64,000 nt of DNA from Alphaproteobacteria bacterium. Lineage in GTDB: Bacteria > Pseudomonadota > Alphaproteobacteria > UBA828. Made by a program: the position numbers and the translations under genes. Numbering within the stretch: the stretch's first letter is position 1; each line of letters begins with the position of its first letter. Below the pieces are notes generated by a model. It was given only the letters and a program-made list of their open reading frames with translations, did not search any database and had not been told where the DNA came from. The stretch spans positions 320,001 through 384,000 of the forward strand of contig CBDEFM010000002.1 in assembly GCA_965237415.1 (NCBI GenBank), in the 5' to 3' direction. This document shows positions 54,158 through 64,000 of the stretch, piece by piece.

Positions 54158-54598
54158 GGACTTGCCTCTCCAGTGCGTCTTGCGTGGCCGGGTCGTCGGC
54201 TCGGGGCCTTATAGCAGACAGTTTGCAGATTGAGAGCAGCGCCGCGCGCGAAGCGTGCTGCAGAGATGCAATCCGTGAGAATTGAAGCGCTTCGGCGGAG
54301 GGATCCGGCGCAGAGCCGTCGGTCCGGCGATCTTCTGGAGCTTCCTGGAATGGCAGGAGGGGGCGCTTGGCGGCCGCTTCCGGATGTAGAGGACGGCTGA
54401 GTGCAGGCGTGACAATATTCCGGTTGAGCATGAAATATCCCGATTAGGGTATTTAGTTTCTGCTATTTGTGTCGCTGGTCGAGTCCGCCGACCACGCGGC
54501 GGAGGGCGGTTCCGCCACATGAGGCGGGACCATGACGGGAAACGGGCGAGACAAGGTCGGCGGTGCCGGCGCCCGGGCGGGCGGGCCGGGCCGCGAGG

Positions 54599-55291
54599 CA
54601 TGTCGTCGTCGAATCGCCGGCCAAGGCGCGCACGATCGGCAAGTGTCTGGGCGCCGGATACCGGGCGATCGCGACCCGGAGACATGTGCGCGACCGGCCG
54701 GCGAAGGTGGGCTCGGTGAAGCCCGACGACGGCTTCGCGATGATCTACGAGACCGGCAGGGGCGCCGCGCGGACCCTGGGCGCGTTGGCCCTCTGTCCGG
54801 TGCCGGCGGCCGCGGAGGGGATGCCGGATGCCGAGGCGGATTGCGCCCCCGAGGTCGAGCAGGCGCTTGTAGAGGGGGCGCGGATCGGCGTCGAGCGGGA
54901 CGCGGCGGTGGTGCGCCATCCCGACCAGGGCATCCGCGATCCCGATTCGATCCTCGACTTCTCGTGTCTCGACGACCTCTTCGACTTCCGCCGCTTCGAC
55001 ACCCTGTTCGATCCGGGACGCAGCTTGGCAGACCTGCTGGGGCTGGTGCAGCGGCGCATCAGCGCCGCGGCGCCGGAGGCCTACCGCTCCTATATCGGCC
55101 GCCCGCTGGACGATGCCGTCTACACGGCCCGTACTGTCCTCCTCCCCGGGCTCGACCCGGTGGGGACGATCGAGAGAGCGGTGCGCGGGGGGAGCGCGGA
55201 GCAGGTCCGAAGCGTCGTCGGAGATCCGGAACTCGCGGACCGCGACTGGCTTGCCCGTCCCCTTACCGACCGAACGGCTGCCATCGTCTGA
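54599..55291 (+). pseudogene. Chimera: topoisomerase I TOPRIM fragment fused in frame to an unrelated hypothetical protein
   Basis: VVVESPAKARTIGKCLG...HVRD-x-PAK-x-GSV-x-PD, then ALCPVPAAA...DSILDFSCLDDLF. Confidence 0.7.
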
Positions 55292-55603
55292 GCTGGGGAT
55301 TGAGTAACCGTTCGGCCAGGCCGAGATGGCCAGGATCTGCGGAGTCAGTGAACGGCCGCTGTGGTAGGAAACAGGTCGGTTGGGCGCTTCGGGCCACCCG
55401 CCGGCCGAACGATTCCACGGCTTGGTCGAACGGTTACGGGATTGATATGACAAGGGCACGCAGGCATTTGATTGAATCCTCTTGCGCTTTGATTACAGGG
55501 CTGTGGCATAACAATTTGCGAGATTGGGGAAAAAGAGAAATATGGCGCCAGAACAGCGAGTTATAAGTTGTCTAGGGGCGGACTACTGAGTGTGGTGTCA
55601 GAA

Positions 55604-55624
55604 ATGGTGAGAATTGCGGGTTAG
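55604..55624. repeat. Solo right TIR of the ERIC/RPE-like repeat
   Basis: ATGGTGAGAATTGCGGGTTAG matches the reverse complement of 10740-10760 at 19/21. Confidence 0.65.
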
Positions 55625-55791
55625 GATCGCGCGACGGCGCCACTCCGCCATCGGATATCTGTCAGCCATCGATTACGAACGGAGCCAGCGGCCCCCCCCC
55701 GGTCGCCCAAACCCGTAACTGTCCAAGAAACCCGGGCAACTACAGCGCCTCGTCATGCACAGATAGTGGTGAGCCTCGGGGAGGCGCCCAT

Positions 55792-56256
55792 TCAGGTGCT
55801 CTTGCCCGCACCCTCGCGCTTCGCACGGCGCGCGGTGAGCCAGCCGTCGACTGACCAGCGGTCGAGATCGCGCAGCAGGTAGAGCGCGAGGAAGCCTGCC
55901 CAGGCGGCGAGCGCGACGGTCTGGTTGCGGTGGGCCGGAAAGCCCTTCTCGATGACGAATGGAGTGACCAGATCGCCGATGACGACCGCGACGGTGATCG
56001 TGTGGATGAGGAGCCCGGCGGCATAGCTCGCCCGGCGCCACAGGCCAAGGATGATCGCGATCGCGACGACGGTCTGGCCGGCACCCATGTAATAGGGGAG
56101 CGAGGCTGCGAGATCGAAGCCGTGGAAATAGGCGTAGAGCTTGACGTAATGCCCCGGCGCCAGGAACTTCGTCACGCCCCAGACGAGCAGGAACCAACCC
56201 AGGCCGAGACGCAGCACAAGCACGGCAAGCGCCCCACGCGCAGCCGGGGTTTGCAT
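55792..56256 (-). CDS. DoxX-like membrane protein
   Basis: LVLRLGLGWFLLVWGVTKF, LGLWRR, WSVDG. Confidence 0.75.
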   Translation of the reverse strand: MQTPAARGALAVLVLRLGLGWFLLVWGVTKFLAPGHYVKLYAYFHGFDLAASLPYYMGAGQTVVAIAIILGLWRRASYAAGLLIHTITVAVVIGDLVTPFVIEKGFPAHRNQTVALAAWAGFLALYLLRDLDRWSVDGWLTARRAKREGAGKST

Positions 56257-57042
56257 CCTCGCGACAAAGCTGCGTGCACGCGACACGGCGACCGGCCCCC
56301 ACCGAGTAGTCAAGCTTGAACGTTAGTTCATGTTCAATCTTGTCTCCAGTGGGGGCGTGACCGTGCTGTCGAATGCGTTCCGGCCTGCCGTGGGGAGCGT
56401 CAGGGTCATGCGGCGCCTCGCCGGGGATGATGCATCGCGCTGATCGGCGAGCTGCCTGCGTCGCCGAGGTGGGGCTTGTGGCCCGTGGCGGCAAGAGCGG
56501 CCAGCGTCTCCGGTCGTGCGTCCGGGACCAGGACGACCCGCCAATCGATTCCGACCGGGAAACTCCTACGACGAGCCCTGCGAATTCGCCTTCGCCTATC
56601 ACGGAACACCCAGCCTGCATAAGAGCGGCTACGTTGACCACAAGGACGATATTCCGATCGAGACTGTGCCGGTTGCTGGCACGATGAAACTCGATCACGT
56701 GGTGGACAATAGCCCGCTCCACGAAGAGGGACGCGAAACCTGATTTTTGGGGCGTTGGTTTCGCGTGGCTTGTCGTAATCCGGCACGGTCTACCCGATCC
56801 CCTTCCAAGGCAAGTAGCCGCTCTCCGGTGGCCACGGAGAGCGACGCGGGTTGCGTGACGCACCCTCCCGTGGGATCAGAAGCGGGATGGGCAGGGACTC
56901 CGCGGCCGGCGCCAATGCGGCGCGGGAGGCAGACCGAGGGGCCGCGCGCGACGGATAGGCCGATGCCGCCGGATGCCTGCGCGGGTCACGAGCCCAAATC
57001 ACCGTAGAAGACACCCGACAGAGACGCAGGGAGCACCGATCG

Positions 57043-58002
57043 ATGGAGTACGGTTTCAACGTTCCGGTTTCCGGACCGCTGGCGACCCCCGCCGACATCA
57101 CCACGATCGCCCAGCGGGGCGAGCAGCTGGGCTATCGCCTGCTCGCGATCCCGGATCATATCGTCGTGCCGAAGACGATCGGCTCGCGCTACCCCTATTC
57201 GAAGTCGGGCGAGTTCGAGGTCGACGCCAGGGCCGGCGATCATCTGGAGCCGCTGGCGCTGATGGCGCACCTCGCCGGCATCATCACCGAGGCGCGGCTT
57301 CTCACCTCGGTGATGGTGGTGCCCTATCGCCACCCGGTTCTCACGGCGAAACTGGTTTCGACCATCGACCTGCTCTCGCGCGGGCGGGTCGTGCTCGGCG
57401 TGGGCGCGGGCTGGATGGCGGAAGAGTTCCCGCCGGTCGGCGCGCCGGCCTTCGCGGACAGGGGGCGTGCGACGGACGAGTATCTGCGGATCTACAAGAC
57501 ACTGTGGACCGAAGACGACCCGTCATTCGCGGGCGAGTTCGCTTCGTTCAACGACATCATGTTCGAGCCGAAGCCGGTTCAGAAGCCGCATCCCCCCATC
57601 TGGATCGGTGGCGAGAGCCGGCCGGCGAAGCGGCGCGCGGCCCGCTACGGCGACGCCTGGTACCCGATCGGCTGCAACCCGCGGCATCCGCTCGACACGC
57701 TCGAGCGCTTCTCGGCCTCGCTCGGCGAGCTACGCGCCATGGCGGAGGCCGAGGGCCGCGATCCGGCGTCGATCGATGTCGCCTATTGGGCCGTCTGGTA
57801 CGGAGGCGGCGCGCAGCAGACCGATACCGGCGAGCGCATGCTGCTCTCGGGATCGGCCGACGATATCGCGGGCGATATCGGCGCCCTGGCCGTGCTCGGT
57901 GTGCGCCACGTGGTGCTGCAGTTCCTGCGCCCGACACTCGGCGAATCCCTTGACCTCATGACCCGGTTCGCCGAGGAGGTGATCCCGAAGGTCGACGCAT
58001 AG
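57043..58002 (+). CDS. Luciferase-like (LLM) oxidoreductase, probable F420-dependent class
   Basis: PDHIVVP, PYRHP, SRGRVVLGVGAGWMAEEF, PKPVQKPHPPIWIGG. Confidence 0.85.
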   Translation: MEYGFNVPVSGPLATPADITTIAQRGEQLGYRLLAIPDHIVVPKTIGSRYPYSKSGEFEVDARAGDHLEPLALMAHLAGIITEARLLTSVMVVPYRHPVLTAKLVSTIDLLSRGRVVLGVGAGWMAEEFPPVGAPAFADRGRATDEYLRIYKTLWTEDDPSFAGEFASFNDIMFEPKPVQKPHPPIWIGGESRPAKRRAARYGDAWYPIGCNPRHPLDTLERFSASLGELRAMAEAEGRDPASIDVAYWAVWYGGGAQQTDTGERMLLSGSADDIAGDIGALAVLGVRHVVLQFLRPTLGESLDLMTRFAEEVIPKVDA

Positions 58003-58452
58003 CGGTTCCCCGTCGCTCTCGGCAACGAACCGCAGGAGCCCCCGATCGCCCGAGGCCCACGAGTTCACCGCGCATGCGCGGCTCGCCGCCGCCGTCCGCA
58101 AGGCGGTTCGCGGTGCGGTGAGTGTGAACGCCGGAACGGCGGGAGCAAGCGCGCCCGTCTCAAGGCCTCAGCCTCGAACGCCTGGAGCCGGGCGATGGTG
58201 TCGTCGAAATCGGCCCGGCCATGCAGGAAATTCTCGGCCCGCGCGCGCTCCAAAATCCGACACTGTTATCCGTGTCCGCTTGATATCGGTGCCGAAACAG
58301 TGTATGGAGTCGCCAGTTTGCGAGGTCGTCGTCGCTCTCGTGATTGACCGTTTCGGCGGTTGGCCAAGATACTTCCACGACATTGTGAACAAGATCCAGG
58401 AGCGCCCGCACCGAGCGGCGCGACGCCCACACGTCGTGAAAGGACACGATCA

Positions 58453-58662
58453 ATGGCTCAAGGTACCGTGAAATGGTTCAATTCGGTCAAGGGTTACGGT
58501 TTCATCACACCCGAGGACGGTTCACAGGATGCATTCGTGCACATCAGCGCCGTTGAGCGCGCTGGCCTGACCGGCCTCAACGAAGGACAGCGGGTTTCCT
58601 TCGAATTGGTTCCGGGTCGAGATGGAAAGAAATCCGCGGAAAACTTGTCTATCGCCGACTAG
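58453..58662 (+). CDS. cspA: Cold-shock protein
   Basis: GTVKWFN, KGYGFI, FVHISA. Confidence 0.95.
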   Translation: MAQGTVKWFNSVKGYGFITPEDGSQDAFVHISAVERAGLTGLNEGQRVSFELVPGRDGKKSAENLSIAD

Positions 58663-58670
58663 ATATCAGG

Positions 58671-58704
58671 GCGAGGGGGGCGGTTGGCGACCGCCCTCTT
58701 TCGC
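58671..58704 (+). terminator. Hairpin downstream of csp
   Basis: GGGCGGT/ACCGCCC stem followed by TCTTT. Confidence 0.55.
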
Positions 58705-58904
58705 ACTCGCACGCTTGCCGCGAGCTCTACGGAACAGATCACCCTCGGTTCGGTGGTTCGCAGGCGCCGCAATCCCTGAGGTCGCCCCGCCTATTCGGAC
58801 AATCTGGCGGCTTGATTAACGTGTATTATGGTTGTCGTTCATGCGGCTAGAATCGCTTTGAACCGATCTCCTCGCCACTGATCTTGGATCTCGGGATATG
58901 ACGG

Positions 58905-59360
58905 ACAAGAGGATATGGCGATGTCGGCATCTACTCGAAGCCTGAGCCCGATCGGGTGGGGACCGCGCTTGGAGAGTCACGGTTCGACATCGAGGGCCAA
59001 CCAAGTGCTGCCCACTTCCGGGCAAACCGCGGGCGGTTCGCGGTTGTAAACAGTTACTTCCCCAAGGGGAGCGGAAAGGACCGGGACGTTGGACCGGGTG
59101 CAGCAGCTGCGACGCCGGTGCTCGTGACCGGAGATTGCAACACGGCGCACAGCGAGATTGACATCGCTCGCCCGAAATCCAATATCGGGAACAGTGGGTT
59201 CTTCCCCGAGGTGCGGGCCGAGCTGGGCCGTTGGCTTGGGGCCGGCTGGGTGGACACCTTTCGCGCTCCGCATGCGGACGAGCCCGACCATTACACCTGG
59301 TGTCGGCAATAGGGCGACACGCGAGAACGGAATGTCGGGTGGCGGGTCGACTACGTCCCC
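58905..59360 (+). pseudogene. ExoIII/ExoA AP endonuclease pseudogene
   Basis: GYGDVGIYSK, YFPKG, GDCNTAH-x-EIDIARPK, SGFFPE, DTFR, YTW, stop, NVGWRVDY; internal deletion. Confidence 0.8.
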
Positions 59361-59484
59361 GCGTCGCCGGCTGGGTGACAGCATCGGCGCGGTTCTTCTA
59401 GGCGACAAAGCCGGTAACGGCACCAATCGGGCGAGACTGCAATCACGCCGTCGGCGTACCAACCATCCAACGGAGTAGGTTCAT

Positions 59485-59760
59485 ATGTCCCCAACCCAGA
59501 TCGACGAGAACTCACTCACCAAGGGGCAAAGCCGGAAGCTCGACGCGCTGCGCAAGTCTGTCGGCAACGAGATCGGCGAGCAGGCGTTCGTCGCGTGGCT
59601 TACATCGCAGTCGGCGGCGGTGAAGGCGGACGCGAACGCGGCCCTGATCGTCGACACGCTCTGGCCGCTCGTGCAGCAAGGCACGCTGGCGATCCCGCGG
59701 GGCGGCTATCTGGTCAGACGCGGCCGCGGGCGGATCGTCGTCGAGCCGGCGAAGCGGTAG
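59485..59760 (+). CDS. Unknown 91-aa basic protein, paralog B
   Basis: RBS GGAG; paralog of 53873-54157; ends 4 bp before the sigma factor start. Confidence 0.85.
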   Translation: MSPTQIDENSLTKGQSRKLDALRKSVGNEIGEQAFVAWLTSQSAAVKADANAALIVDTLWPLVQQGTLAIPRGGYLVRRGRGRIVVEPAKR

Positions 59761-59764
59761 GGCC

Positions 59765-61723
59765 ATGAGGGGATCGGACTTGGTGCGGGCGAAGCCGGTC
59801 GAGCGGAGCAGGACAACCGAGGGAGACGAGGAGACGGCCGACGGGCCGGTCCTCGATCTCCCGGCCGCACCGGTTACCGAGATGCTCGCGCGCGGCCGGG
59901 AGCGCGGCTACGTCACCCATGACGAGCTGAATAGAGCCCTGCCGCCCGGCGAGACCAGCGCCGATCGGATCGAGGATGCGAAGACGGTGCTGTCCGAGCT
60001 GGGCATCGCCGTCACCGAGGGCGAGGAAGCGGAGGCCGACGCCGCGGACGGACGTCCTGAAGCGGCTCCGGCCGCCACTGCGTCCAGGATCGGCGAAGAC
60101 GATATCGGGCTCCCCAGCGATCCGGTGGGGATGTACCTGCGGGAGATGGGAAGCACGACGCTTCTCACCCGGGAGGGCGAGGTTGCGCTCGCCAAGCGCA
60201 TCGAAGCGGGGCGGCGGATCATGCTCGACGGTCTCCGCGAGAGCCCGCTGACCATGCGAGCCGTGATCGCATGGCGCGACGCGATCCGTGAGGGCTCGAT
60301 GGCGCTGCGCGAGGCGATCGACATCGATGCCACCCACGGCAGCGGCCCGGCGGCGGCGGACGACGAGAGCGACGGCCCTGGACGTCGGAATGGCCGCGCA
60401 GACTCGCGACCGTCGAAAAGCGCCAACGAAAGCGACGATGAAGCCGACGAGGAGAAGCCGCTGCTCTCGACCATGGAGGCGGCAGTCCTTCCTCGTGTCA
60501 TGGAGACCCTCGAAGCGATTGCGGTGGCCCATGGGAAGCTCCAGCGTCTCCAGGAACAGCGCATCGAGCTGGCCCGCAAGAACCGGACGCTGACGGCGTG
60601 GCAGACCAGACGCTGCCGGGAGTTGAAGCACGATCTCGCGGTGTCGATGCAACGCCTTCAGTTCACCGATGCCCGCATCGAAACGCTCGTGGACGAGCTC
60701 CGCAACCTGAACCGCCGCCTGGGCCGCTGCGAAGGCGCGCTTTTGCGTCTGGCCGCCGATTGCGGCGTCGCGCGGGACGCGTTCCTCACGCACCATGAGG
60801 GCCGCGAGCTGGAGTCGGCCTGGCTGTCGCGGGTCGGCCGGCTGCGCGGCGAAGGATGGGAGACTCTCGCCGCGGAGAAGCGCCTTGAGGTCGTCGCGTT
60901 ACGCGGAGACATCCTGGTCTTGGCCCGAGACACCGGCCTGGAGCCGGCTGAGCTCAAGCGGATCGCCGCCACCGTTCTGAGGGGCCAGCGGGAGGCGAGC
61001 CAGGCCAAGGAGGAGATGGTCGAGGCCAACCTGCGGCTCGTTGTCTCGATCGCCAAGAGGTACCGGAACCGGGGCCTCAAGTTCCTGGACCTGATCCAGG
61101 AGGGCAATGTCGGGCTGATGAAGGGCGTGGACAAGTTCGACTATCGCCGGGGCTTCAAGTTCTCGACCTATGCGACCTGGTGGATCCGCCAGTCGATCAC
61201 CCGCGCGATTGCCGACACGGCGCCGACGATCCGCGTTCCGGTGCACATGGTCGAGACGACCACCAGGCTGAGGCGGCTGTCCTGGCAGATGGGGCAGGAG
61301 CTCGGGCGCGAGCCGACCCAGGAGGAGCTTTCGGAGCGCCTCCACGTGCCGCTCGACAAGGTGCGCCAGACGATGAAGGTTGCGAAGGAGCCGATCAGCC
61401 TGGAGACACCGATCGGCGAGGAGGAGGGCGGCCATCTCGGCGACCTGATCGAGGACGAAGACGCGGTCCAGCCTCTGGACGCTGCGATCCAGTCCGATCT
61501 GCGCGATGCCGTGAGCCGTGCTCTGGAGAGCCTGACACCGCGGGAGGAGCGCATCCTGCGCATGCGCTTCGGTATCGGCACGAAAACCGACCACACGCTC
61601 CAGGAGGTCGGCCAGGTATTCTCGGTCACGCGCGAGCGCATCCGCCAAATCGAGGCCAAGGCTCTTCGGAAGCTGAAGCACCCGTCCCGCGCACGCGAGC
61701 TGCGTACCTTCCTGGAAAAGTAG
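59765..61723 (+). CDS. rpoD: RpoD-like sigma-70 factor, divergent paralog
   Basis: Regions 1.1, 1.2 ([11 protein letters not shown]), non-conserved region, 2 ([17 protein letters not shown]), 3 and 4 ([17 protein letters not shown]). Confidence 0.9.
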   Translation: MRGSDLVRAKPVERSRTTEGDEETADGPVLDLPAAPVTEMLARGRERGYVTHDELNRALPPGETSADRIEDAKTVLSELGIAVTEGEEAEADAADGRPEAAPAATASRIGEDDIGLPSDPVGMYLREMGSTTLLTREGEVALAKRIEAGRRIMLDGLRESPLTMRAVIAWRDAIREGSMALREAIDIDATHGSGPAAADDESDGPGRRNGRADSRPSKSANESDDEADEEKPLLSTMEAAVLPRVMETLEAIAVAHGKLQRLQEQRIELARKNRTLTAWQTRRCRELKHDLAVSMQRLQFTDARIETLVDELRNLNRRLGRCEGALLRLAADCGVARDAFLTHHEGRELESAWLSRVGRLRGEGWETLAAEKRLEVVALRGDILVLARDTGLEPAELKRIAATVLRGQREASQAKEEMVEANLRLVVSIAKRYRNRGLKFLDLIQEGNVGLMKGVDKFDYRRGFKFSTYATWWIRQSITRAIADTAPTIRVPVHMVETTTRLRRLSWQMGQELGREPTQEELSERLHVPLDKVRQTMKVAKEPISLETPIGEEEGGHLGDLIEDEDAVQPLDAAIQSDLRDAVSRALESLTPREERILRMRFGIGTKTDHTLQEVGQVFSVTRERIRQIEAKALRKLKHPSRARELRTFLEK

Positions 61724-62925
61724 GGGCGCCGCGCGCGCGGCCAACTGCGCCCGCCGCCCTCGCAGCATCGACCCTGCCGCTCTTCGTTGGCGGTCGCGAT
61801 ATTGTGCCGTGTACTTGCCAGACGGCGGGAGAGACGGGGCGTCGGCGCTTCCATGACCGGTTGGCCGGCGCCGCGGCCGGCAACGGATGTGGGCGGCGTT
61901 CCGAACGGACGGCATCGCGCACCGGATCGACTTGGGGAGACGAAGGCGATGGACGTGACCGCCGTCCGGCAGGACGACATCTTGTCCGCGGCGCCGTCCT
62001 GCCTGTCGGGCGAACAGTCGGTGAAGCACGATCGAGAAGCGCGGCTGCCGGCGGGCAAAACGGGCACGCGTGGTTCCTCCGACCCCGGTGGCGGAGACCG
62101 TGCTCGCGAGTTGTCTGTGGGTCGGCGCTTGGGGTGGGCGCAGATCGGCACAGTACGTATTTGATCTTCCTTCAATATGCGGGGGCAGAGTTCCACGCCG
62201 AATCACACGTGTCGTGCGGCCCCGTGACATAGTCGCGCCCGGCCATTTCGAGGCGGCGGGCATATGCTAAGATGACCTGCTACTTCGTCCGTCCCGGTTA
62301 TATGACGGTTGGCGCTCGAAAGGGCACGGTCGCACCGGAACATGGAAGGGCATGTCTCAGAGCCAATCGCGACGGAGACACTGTAAGCCTTCCCTCGTCT
62401 GGTGACGACGTCGCCGCAGCCAACGGCGATTCCGTGTTCTGCCCCACCGCGATAGACTCACCTAGACGCTTTCGCTATCGCTGTCATCGCACGACGGACC
62501 GGTCACACGGAATCCGTCCCTCGTACAACGGCTGAAGTTCTCGACGGTCAGGGGCGGGCATGCATTGGAATTGCGGCGCTTGCGGACTGCTTTCGGTGAG
62601 TTTGTGAGCTGCCTGCCGCCGGGAGCATGGGATGGAAAAATGTTACTTGGCGCCAAAAGGTTGGTCGAATCGCTTCCAAGCGCGGGGGCATGGCCACCAC
62701 GAGTAGCGCGAAGACATTTGCCAACTCTGTCCCGAGCCTCGAATCTCCCACATCGTACACTCTCTGAGGACGGGAAAATCAAAACCGCCCACAAGCATCT
62801 CCGTGGAGCCTATCCACATTTCCGTGCCGGCGGGCCGGGTACGGGAAGGTCCCGGATGTGGTTCGACGCGCGCTTCTCGCGGCTGGCGTTTGCCCGCGCT
62901 GGGTGGAGCGTGTGGACCCACCGGG

Positions 62926-63421
62926 TCAAACTGAGACGCGAGCATTTGGATGGGAGCCGGCGTCGATGGCGGCAAGGAACGGCGCGGCGAGTTCCTGCAG
63001 CTTGGCGGCGCCGACACCGTTGATCTCGGCGAGCTCCTCTCTGGTGCGTGGCCGCCGACGTACCATGTCGATCAGGGTGCGATCGTGGAACACGACATAG
63101 GCCGGTACACCGCGCTCTTTGGCCAGTTCCAGCCTTAGCGCCTTGAGCACGGCGAGCAGGCTCGCCTGATCGCCGGTCAAGGTGTCCACAGGTTTCTCTC
63201 GCCGGGTTTCGCCCGGCGCAGGCGAAGGGGGCGCGACCACGGTGTCGGCGCGGTAGTGGAAGGTGCCGTCGCCGCGTAGAAGGTTGAGGCCCTCGTCGGT
63301 GATCGCGAGCCCCCCATAGCCCGCGATGTCGAGCCGCAGGAACTCCGTCGCAACCATCCGGCGGATCAGCGAGCGCCAGTCGTTCTTGCCGCGGCCGGCG
63401 CCAACCCCGAAGACCGGAAGC
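62926..63421 (-). pseudogene. recQ: RecQ helicase 3' fragment (RQC end and HRDC)
   Basis: FGVG...WRSLIRRM, GYGGL, LAKERGVPAYVVFHDRTL...INGVG; cut by an IS3 remnant. Confidence 0.85.
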
Positions 63422-63818
63422 CGCATGCTGTGCATCCTCGACGAGTTCAGCCGGGAGGCGCTGGCCATCAAGGTCGGCCGCAGGCTCGCCGCCCTCGGTG
63501 CGCGCACCGTCTACATCGAGAAGGCCAGCCCGTGGGAGAACGGCTATGTCGAGAGCTTTAACGGCAAGTTCAGGGACGAGCTGCTCAACGGCGAGATCTT
63601 CTATACCCTCAGGGAGGCAAGGATCATGATCGAGGCGTGGCGGCGTCACTTACAACACGATCAGGCCGCATTCTACAGGCCGCCCGCTCCCGAGGTCGTG
63701 CCGTGGCCGGCCTCGCCGGCGCTTGAGAGCGCTCGGCCGGCCACACTAACCATGGCCTCGTCGACAACACTCAACTAACATTTCACCTGGACCACTCGGA
63801 GGCCGTGGGGGCCGGTCA
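63422..63818 (+). pseudogene. IS3-family OrfB 3' remnant with right end
   Basis: LDEFSREAL, SPWENGYVESFNGKFRDELLN; end TGGACCAC...GGGGGCCGGTCA. Confidence 0.85.
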
Positions 63819-64000
63819 GTCCCCGGTCGCGCCGACGGGCTAGAGGGTGGAGCAAGTTGTTCAATCCGACCCTGCCCGGTATCTGGACTCGGCGGGACCG
63901 GTTCAGGATGCTGCGGCCAGAGTCGCACCTCCGCCAGTTGCAGAAAACCCTCCCTGGTTTGCGCCGGCATCGGATTCCAGTAGGCTGCCCGGCAGACTGG

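Noticed and set aside
56330-57000. Coding remnants between doxX and the LLM gene
   Set aside because: Fragmented frames that I cannot assign.
61730-62920. ORFs downstream of the sigma factor
   Set aside because: No recognisable domains; looks like degraded sequence.

Overview
High-GC alphaproteobacterial chromosome segment (Rhodospirillales-like gene order is an inference). Positions 1 to ~35.1 kb are mostly intact core and metabolic genes: erpA-xth, iorAB-type molybdoenzyme, S49-trmN6-DUF2007-ispB, acyl-CoA ligase, pcm plus a membrane methyltransferase, purEK, rpsU, pntAA/AB/B, an ABC1 kinase and acdS. This half also holds one IS481, copies of a structured TA-flanked ERIC/RPE-like repeat, and an orphan secreted Cys-rich (CNPC-repeat) peptide gene. 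From ~35.1 kb to the end lies a heavily decayed accessory region. It contains an integrase remnant, a tRNA-Met-derived att-like scar, two IS1202/ISNCY-type copies, an IS1595 carrying a fused methyltransferase-endonuclease, four short MITEs with readable TIRs and TSDs (two knock out an HNH and a CDF gene), and IS66/IS3/IS21/IS1380 fragments. The strongest candidate for an undescribed system is an intact, divergent RpoD-like sigma factor directly downstream of an unknown ~90-aa basic protein that occurs twice in the island. All calls come from reading the sequence by eye; no database searches were run.
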